Below, piece after piece: positions 56,177-64,000 of a stretch of DNA of 64,000 bases. Origin of the DNA: Bilabrum cf. latius (Eukaryota); assembly GCA_965178125.1 (NCBI GenBank), contig OZ237770.1, positions 496,001 to 560,000 of the forward strand, written 5' to 3'. The position numbers and the translations under genes were made by a program. Position 1 is the stretch's first letter, and every line of letters begins with the position of its first letter. The notes below the pieces were generated by a model. The model ran no database searches and was not told the DNA's origin. It saw nothing but the letters and a program-made list of their open reading frames with translations.

Positions 56177-57624
56177 GTGGATACAAATCGTCGAGGTCCT
56201 TACTTCATGCACTGCAGCGAGCTTCGTGTGCCTGCAGAGGAGTTATGCAGGAGCCTTCGAGCAGGAGAAGGGAATGTGCTCGAAATAATGAACAATCCTA
56301 AGCTGGCTGGTGCGGCATCATGTTCCTTTGTGGACAAACGGGTGGATGAAGAACCCATTGTGCACGCGGCCCTGCGCGGAGGACAGCTTGCCCAGCTATC
56401 GACAGTGCTCGACTTAGGAGCTGATCCTTCCGGTGAATTGCAAAATGTATGTCGCCGATCATTGAATGCCGGATTATGTTTCACACGCCTGGCTGCATAC
56501 CACTGCAGTGGTGCCTTGAGTCTCTGCATGCGTCCAATGCTGCAAGTCATGATATGCGCGTGCGCAGGATCGTATCTTATGCTCTGCATTCGCGGACGTT
56601 ACATCTAAAACCCAGACCGCAACCCCGCTGTCTAGTCTTGTTGGTGTTCTTTTGCGTCACGGAGCTGACCCTTGGGCGGCGGACTGCGACGGAGACACGT
56701 GCCTCGTAAACGCGCTGTTTGCAGTCAATGATGAAAGTGACGATGCAAATATGAACCAGGCTTTGCCTGCATTCCACCAGCTGCTGTAGTGCCTTGGTGT
56801 TGCGGACCTGAACGAGCCAATCCAGAATTTCCTGGTGAGTGAGCACCTCGGGTAGGCAGGGGTGCTACCAGATCAATGTTGGCGTACTACTACAAAGATC
56901 ACATATCCATGCTTACCACTGGCGCAGTAGGAGGTGGGAGAGACTCCCATACAAGTGGCCGGGCCACCAGCAGCCGCCTTGCTCCTCCACCACGGGGCCC
57001 ACCCCGTCTTGCCATGCGTGAGGGCAGCCTGGGGGGTAGACATGCGGGCATGAGTCTGCAAGACCATCCGACCCGTGGCATGCAGGTGCAGCGCATTGCC
57101 GGACCTAGATTCCCTCCATGTTTCGCCGAATTCCACGTCGCGACATCGTTTCTCCCTATCCTGCTGTGCCACCTGATCTAGATCCGCAGCGCAATAGTGC
57201 CGTGTCCGCCGCTATCCATGCAAGCGGTACTAACCCCACCCCCAGCCGTGTGCTGGGTCACCTGCTCGATGGCATGCAGCGCGACGGGCAGGCGGGCTGG
57301 TTGGCGCGGCTGCACCCTTGGATGCGGGCCCGATCGATCACCCGCTTCAGGCGCTGTGCTGATGCCAAGAGAGACGCTGGTATGGTGTTCCAGGCGGCCA
57401 AAGAGGGCAGGCCCATGGAGCTGGCCAGGAGGCTCAGGCTTGGCGTGCTGACGGGTGGGCTGGATATGGAGGGCGAGGTGGAGGACGGGGCGGGCGGGAC
57501 CAGGGTGGTGGGTCCGCTGGAGGCGGCTCGGTTGGGGGGGCATGACGAGTGCGTGAAGGTGCTGGAGGAGGCATTGGTTTGCCGAGTCCGTGGGAGACAC
57601 TGCAAGGAGATCCGACCCAAGTGA
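56177..57624 (+). CDS. Ankyrin-repeat protein, multi-exon; boundaries approximate
   Basis: PIVHAALRGG..VLDLGADP, GETPIQVA..LLLHHGAHP (~56935-57015), GPLEAARLGGHDECVKVL in different frames separated by GTGA-type donors. Ends TGA. Confidence 0.55.
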
Positions 57625-57918
57625 CATCAAGAATGGCGTGCTGTGGGGCAAAGTTGTTAACAAGAGTACCACTGGCCAAATGGCAGCAGGAGCACGCCCA
57701 TCATCGTGCCGTACAGCCAGAATGAACTAGATATCTTGTACGCGGATTGCTCAACGCCAGGTGAGGCTTGTTAAGCGGCGAGTGCGACGTTGCGGGTCCA
57801 CAGTGTCGAACTCCCATTAGCGTGACGGGTAAACCGGGACCAGATTGCTCGTGGTACGGTTCCCGACGAGCTAATATTCGCCAGCATTGCTCGTTTATTC
57901 TGGTACATTTAACGTTTC

Positions 57919-59526
57919 ATGAAAGTGATTCCAGCCTGTCTACTGTGTGCAAGTTCACTAGCAGTGCTTTCCGAGGCATCGTTGCGTATGAGCGATCTTT
58001 TCAGCGATGGCATGGTCCTCTCGAGTGAAGAGCCTCTCATCCATGGATACACCGAGCCTGGAGCTTACGTGTCGGTTAAGATTAATGGCACTACTGTGGC
58101 CGATGCCAAGGCCGCAGATGATGGACTGTTTGTGGCTAGCATGTCGCCCAGGCCTGCGTCCTAGTTTCAGCATCAAATCGACGTCCTCTCCTCCTCGGGG
58201 GGCACTGCGTCCGCGCGAGGAGCCATGTTTGGCACCATAATTTTGTGTGGAGGGCAGTCAAACATGGTACACCCCGTGTCGTACGACTACAACGCAACGG
58301 ATCAGCTCGCATTCGCGACCCCTGAGAACCTTCCGAACCTCAGGCTCTTTCGCACCGGCCGGGCCTGGGGCCCCGAGCCCTAGAAGACGCTGAACTGCAC
58401 GGATAAAGGCACCAGCCCTCCTCTCACGCCGGGCTGCGCGGCGCGCAACCACTGGACGGGCATCTAGGACCTGGCCAGTTTCTCTGCGGTGTGCTACTTC
58501 ACGGCCCTGCAGCTCATGCGGGATCTGCCCGAGTGGCAGCAGCAGCCCGGCGGCGGATACCACGCCCCACTGGGCCTGCTCGAGACGGATTGGGGCGGCT
58601 CCACGCAGGAGGCATGGACCGACCCCGCAGTGGCGGTGTCGCTCGGATGCAGCGGGGAGGTGCCCCCGCAGAATTCCACCGCGGACAGGTGCCCCCCCGG
58701 GGAGGTCTTGTCTCCCATCCGGCACCAGCACTGGGGCTGTCTCCGCAATGGGATGGTGGCCCCGCTGGCCCCTTCCCTGCGGCCCGTGCTGGCCCTCTGG
58801 TACCAGGGAGAGGCGGACTCGACTAACCTGCCCACCACCTAGCGGGACTATGCATGCGGGCTGAGAGCTCTCATCCAGGATTGGAGGGGCATGCTGCAGA
58901 GGCCCAAGCTGCCTTTCTTCCTGGTGCAGCTGGCGCCCTACTGGCAGGACCCGCCCCGCACCAGCTTCCCGGCCGTGAGGGTGGGGCAGGCGGCAGTGGG
59001 CATGGATCCAGCTGTGCAGCCCGCGGGCTACTGCGTGACCCACGACATCGGGGACCACGCAGGGGGTGTGCACCCGCACAACAAGACCGAGGTGGGCAGG
59101 CGGCTTGCCCTGGCAGTGCGGCGAGTGGCCTTCAACCAGACAGTGCACCCGTGGCCCGAGCCTATCGAGGCAAAGGGGGCCAGCGTGCAGCAGGGGCAGG
59201 GGATGGGGGTGCTGCAGGTGTCCTTCACCCAGGGAGTGCCCGGGCTGGCGCTGCATTGGGGCCCCACGCACAACTGCACCCAGTGCTGCAGTCCGACGGA
59301 GAGGGTGGTGCAGGTGCTGCGGCAGGGTGCATGGACCGACCTGGCAGCAGCGGTGATGGACGGGTCTGTAGAGGACGCCAGTGGCCCTGTGCTCCAGGCA
59401 CAGGTGCCCCAGGGCAGCGCTGCCGTGGAGCAGGTACGGTACGCGTGGTCGAACTATCCCGAGTGCGTCCTCTTCGACCAGCACGACCTGCCGGTCGGAC
59501 CCTTCCTCCTCTCTGTGAATCAGTGA
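57919..59526 (+). CDS. SIAE: Secreted sialate O-acetylesterase-like SGNH hydrolase; 4 in-frame TAG
   Basis: Signal peptide, LFSDGMVL, CGGQSNM, FSAVCYF, PLGLL..WGGS..EAW, LWYQGEAD, LPFFLVQLA, VHPHNKTEVGRRLA, VRYAW. TAG at 58162, 58381, 58465 and 58840. Ends TGA. Confidence 0.88.
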
Positions 59527-60191
59527 ACGATAGCCCCGGCGCCATATGTATATGCCACCCACCGCATCAGTTCAAACTGTTCGCAAAAGAATGGTTTAGT
59601 GAATCGGTGATCCGATCGTCGAAAATCGAACCTTATCATCGACACCATCGACGATATGTGAGGGGTTTGTGTCGCATTTCGTATCAATATATCGGCCATA
59701 TTGGCGTATACTAGAGACCCAGTGTGTACTTAATATTATTTTCTTTACATTTCCGATGGTATATTGCTCATATTGTCAGTATCCGTGCTTCAAGCGCTAT
59801 CAAGAAGCACAAAGATGGATCAACGTCAATAGGCCCAATCTACCACCACGGTGACAGATAATTGGCCAACTTCTAGGTCCTGTAGGTTATCATTTATACA
59901 TATCAATGTAATGGTGCTGAGTATTGTAGATCATACTGCTCTCAGCATCAACAATTGAACGCTTTTGTGAAGTGCATGGTATTCGAATTGGTACCAGTGA
60001 ACGGGCTTTCTTGAACAATTCGACCTTTGCACAGACAGTCAGCACAGTCCAACTACGTTTTAAGATCATCTTGCAGCCGCCGACCGCACATTTAGCAGTT
60101 TAAATCTTGGAAACTAGCAAATCCAAGAGGGCAATGCAGACTAAGCGGTGGCATACAGAGATAATACTAGAATAGACCGGTGGTGTCAGCT

Positions 60192-63100
60192 TGTGTGATA
60201 GGGCGCATGTGTGTCATTGACGATGTCCATTGGCTGGTCAGCTTGTATATGGTCGGGGGCCGCATTGTGAGTTGGGTGTTTGGGGTGGTGGTGAGGGCGG
60301 GTGTGTGGGGTGGGGCGGGATGTCGGCCGGAGAGAGCTGTGCGAGTAGTCCGTTGCTGTCGTCGTGTGTGATAGGGCGCATGTGTGTCATTGACAATGTC
60401 CATTGGCTGGTCAGCTTGTATATGGTCGGGGGCCGCATTGTGAGTTGGGTGTTTGGGGTGGTGGTGAGGGCGGGTGTGTGGGGTGGGGCGGGATGTCGGC
60501 CGGAGAGAGCTGTGCGAGTAGTCCGTGGCTGTCGTCGTGTGTGATAGGGCGCATGTGTGTCATTGACAATGTCCATTGGCTGGTCAGCTTGTATATGGTC
60601 GGGGGCCGCATTGTGAGTTGGGTGTTTGGGGTGGTGGTGAGGGCGGGTGTGTGGGGTGGGGCGGGATGTCGGCCGGAGAGAGCTGTGCGAGTAGTCCGTG
60701 GCTGTCGTCGTGTGTGATAGGGCGCATGTGTGTCATTGACGATGTCCATTGGCTGGTCAGCTTGTATATGGTCGGGGGCCGCATTGTGAGTTGGGTGTTT
60801 GGGGTGGTGGTGAGGGCGGGTGTGTGGGGTGGGGCGGGATGTCGGCCGGAGAGAGCTGTGCGAGTAGTCCGTGGCTATCGTCGTGTGTGATAGGGCGCAT
60901 GTGTGTCATTGACGATGTCCATTGGCTGGTCAGCTTGTATATGGTCGGGGGCCGCATTGTGAGTTGGGTGTTTGGGGTGGTGGTGAGGGCGGGTGTGTGG
61001 GGTGGGGCGGGATGTCGGCCGGAGAGAGCTGTGCGAGTAGTCCGTTGCTATCGTCGTGTGTGATAGGGCGCATGTGTGTCATTGACGATGTCCATTGGCT
61101 GGTCAGCTTGTATATGGTCGGGGGCCGCATTGTGAGTTGGGTGTTTGGGGTGGTGGTGAGGGCGGGTGTGTGGGGTGGGGCGGGATGTCGGCTGGAGAGA
61201 GCTGTGCGAGTAGTCCGTGGCTGTCGTCGTGTGTGATAGGGCGCATGTGTGTCATTGACGATGTCCATTGGCTGGTCAGCTTGTATATGGTCGGGGGCCG
61301 CATTGTGAGTTGGGTGTTTGGGGTGGTGGTGAGGGCGGGTGTGTGGGGTGGGGCGGGATGTCGGCCGGAGAGAGCTGTGCGAGTAGTCCGTGGCTGTCGT
61401 CGTGTGTGATAGGGCGCATGTGTGTCATTGACGATGTCCATTGGCTGGTCAGCTTGTATATGGTCGGGGGCCGCATTGTGAGTTGGGTGTTTGGGGTGGT
61501 GGTGAGGGCGGGTGTGTGGGGTGGGGCGGGATGTCGGCTGGAGAGAGCTGTGCGAGTAGTCCGTTGCTATCGTCGTGTGTGATAGGGCGCATGTGTGTCA
61601 TTGACGATGTCCATTGGCTGGTCAGCTTGTATATGGTCGGGGGCCGCATTGTGAGTTGGGTGTTTGGGGTGGTGGTGAGGGCGGGTGTGTGGGGTGGGGC
61701 GGGATGTCGGCCGGAGAGAGCTGTGCGAGTAGTCCGTGGCTGTCGTCGTGTGTGATAGGGCGCATGTGTGTCATTGACGATGTCCATTGGCTGGTCAGCT
61801 TGTATATGGTCGGGGGCCGCATTGTGAGTTGGGTGTTTGGGGTGGTGGTGAGGGCGGGTGTGTGGGGTGGGGCGGGATGTCGGCTGGAGAGAGCTGTGCG
61901 AGTAGTCCGTGGCTATCGTCGTGTGTGATAGGGCGCATGTGTGTCATTGACGATGTCCATTGGCTGGTCAGCTTGTATATGGTCGGGGGCCGCATTGTGA
62001 GTTGGGTGTTTGGGGTGGTGGTGAGGGCGGGTTTGTGGGGTGGGGCGGGATGTCGGCTGGAGAGAGCTGTGCGAGTAGTCCGTGGCTGTCGTCGTGTGTG
62101 ATAGGGCGCATGTGTGTCATTGACAATGTCCATTGGCTGGTCAGCTTGTATATGGTCGGGGGCCGCATTGTGAGTTGGGTGTTTGGGGTGGTGGTGAGGG
62201 CGGGTGTGTGGGGTGGGGCGGGATGTCGGCTGGAGAGAGCTGTGCGAGTAGTCCGTGGCTGTCGTCGTGTGTGATAGGGCGCATGTGTGTCATTGACAAT
62301 GTCCATTGGCTGGTCAGCTTGTATATGGTCGGGGGCCGCATTGTGAGTTGGGTGTTTGGGGTGGTGGTGAGGGCGGGTGTGTGGGGTGGGGCGGGATGTC
62401 GGCCGGAGAGAGCTGTGCGAGTAGTCCGTGGCTGTCGTCGTGTGTGATAGGGCGCATGTGTGTCATTGACGATGTCCATTGGCTGGTCAGCTTGTATATG
62501 GTCGGGGGCCGCATTGTGAGTTGGGTGTTTGGGGTGGTGGTGAGGGCGGGTGTGTGGGGTGGGGCGGGATGTCGGCTGGAGAGAGCTGTGCGAGTAGTCC
62601 GTGGCTGTCGTCGTGTGTGATAGGGCGCATGTGTGTCATTGACAATGTCCATTGGCTGGTCAGCTTGTATATGGTCGGGGGCCGCATTGTGAGTTGGGTG
62701 TTTGGGGTGGTGGTGAGGGCGGGTGTGTGGGGTGGGGCGGGATGTCGGCCGGAGAGAGCTGTGCGAGTAGTCCGTTGCTATCGTCGTGTGTGATAGGGCG
62801 CATGTGTGTCATTGACGATGTCCATTGGCTGGTCAGCTTGTATATGGTCGGGGGCCGCATTGTGAGTTGGGTGTTTGGGGTGGTGGTGAGGGCGGGTGTG
62901 TGGGGTGGGGCGGGATGTCGGCCGGAGAGAGCTGTGCGAGTAGTCCGTGGCTGTCGTCGTGTGTGATAGGGCGCATGTGTGTCATTGACAATGTCCATTG
63001 GCTGGTCAGCTTGTATATGGTCGGGGGCCGCATTGTGAGTTGGGTGTTTGGGGTGGTGGTGAGGGCGGGTGTGTGGGGTGGGGCGGGATGTCGGCTGGAG

Positions 63101-64000
63101 AGAGCTGTGCGAGTAGTCCGTGGCTGTCGTCGTGTGTGATAGGGCGCATGTGTGTCATTGACAATGTCCATTGGCTGGTCAGCTTGTATATGGTCGGGGG
63201 CCGCATTGTGAGTTGGGTGTTTGGGGTGGTGGTGAGGGCGGGTGTGTGGGGTGGGGCGGGATGTCGGCCGGAGAGAGCTGTGCGAGTAGTCCGTGGCTGT
63301 CGTCGTGTGTGATAGGGCGCATGTGTGTCATTGACGATGTCCATTGGCTGGTCAGCTTGTATATGGTCGGGGGCCGCATTGTGAGTTGGGTGTTTGGGGT
63401 GGTGGTGAGGGCGGGTGTGTGGGGTGGGGCGGGATGTCGGCCGGAGAGAGCTGTGCGAGTAGTCCGTGGCTGTCGTCGTGTGTGATAGGGCGCATGTGTG
63501 TCATTGACAATGTCCATTGGCTGGTCAGCTTGTATATGGTCGGGGGCCGCATTGTGAGTTGGGTGTTTGGGGTGGTGGTGAGGGCGGGTGTGTGGGGTGG
63601 GGCGGGATGTCGGCTGGAGAGAGCTGTGCGAGTAGTCCGTGGCTGTCGTCGTGTGTGATAGGGCGCATGTGTGTCATTGACAATGTCCATTGGCTGGTCA
63701 GCTTGTATATGGTCGGGGGCCGCATTGTGAGTTGGGTGTTTGGGGTGGTGGTGAGGGCGGGTGTGTGGGGTGGGGCGGGATGTCGGCCGGAGAGAGCTGT
63801 GCGAGTAGTCCGTGGCTGTCGTCGTGTGTGATAGGGCGCATGTGTGTCATTGACGATGTCCATTGGCTGGTCAGCTTGTATATGGTCGGGGGCCGCATTG
63901 TGAGTTGGGTGTTTGGGGTGGTGGTGAGGGCGGGTGTGTGGGGTGGGGCGGGATGTCGGCTGGAGAGAGCTGTGCGAGTAGTCCGTGGCTGTCGTCGTGT
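60192..64000 (+). repeat. 173-bp satellite, ~22 near-identical copies, running off the window end
   Basis: ORF starts recur every 173 nt (60230, 60403, 60576...). Unit tgtgtgatagggcgcatgtgtgtcattgac...gtccgtggctgtcgtcg. Confidence 0.98.

Noticed and set aside
43700-59526. Pyrrolysine insertion or programmed single-site readthrough at UAG
   Set aside because: The context is eukaryotic, there are many TAGs per gene with no shared downstream context, and TAG matches Gln positions and CAG repeats.
60167-64000. Repeated 104/112-aa ORFs, CRISPR, telomeric repeat or 5S/tRNA array
   Set aside because: The 173-bp period shifts frame each unit. There are no spacers, no short telomeric motif and no recognisable RNA-gene sequence.

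Overview
GC-rich, gene-dense eukaryotic nuclear DNA with GT-AG introns, a cycloartenol-type oxidosqualene cyclase, RRP6, eIF2D and ATAD5/ELG1. It is probably from a protist; a heterotrophic stramenopile-like lineage is only a guess. The main observation is a non-standard nuclear genetic code. Most genes look fragmented in the ORF track because they contain in-frame TAG codons (more than 60 by manual count). Reading TAG as sense joins the fragments into complete genes. These carry no in-frame TAA or TGA and end in TGA (15 genes) or TAA (the GNAT gene). TAG occupies conserved Gln positions (OSC GR-TAG-TW, RRP6 C-G-TAG-LY) and interchanges with CAG in repeats, so UAG = Gln while UAA apparently remains a stop. 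The left 19 kb is a rearranged region: a tandem duplication of an SRCR/mucin surface-protein gene plus a GNAT gene, three transposon-like insertions and an 86-bp satellite with an inverted partner array. The right end is a 173-bp satellite array. Gene models were translated by hand; some starts and introns are uncertain.
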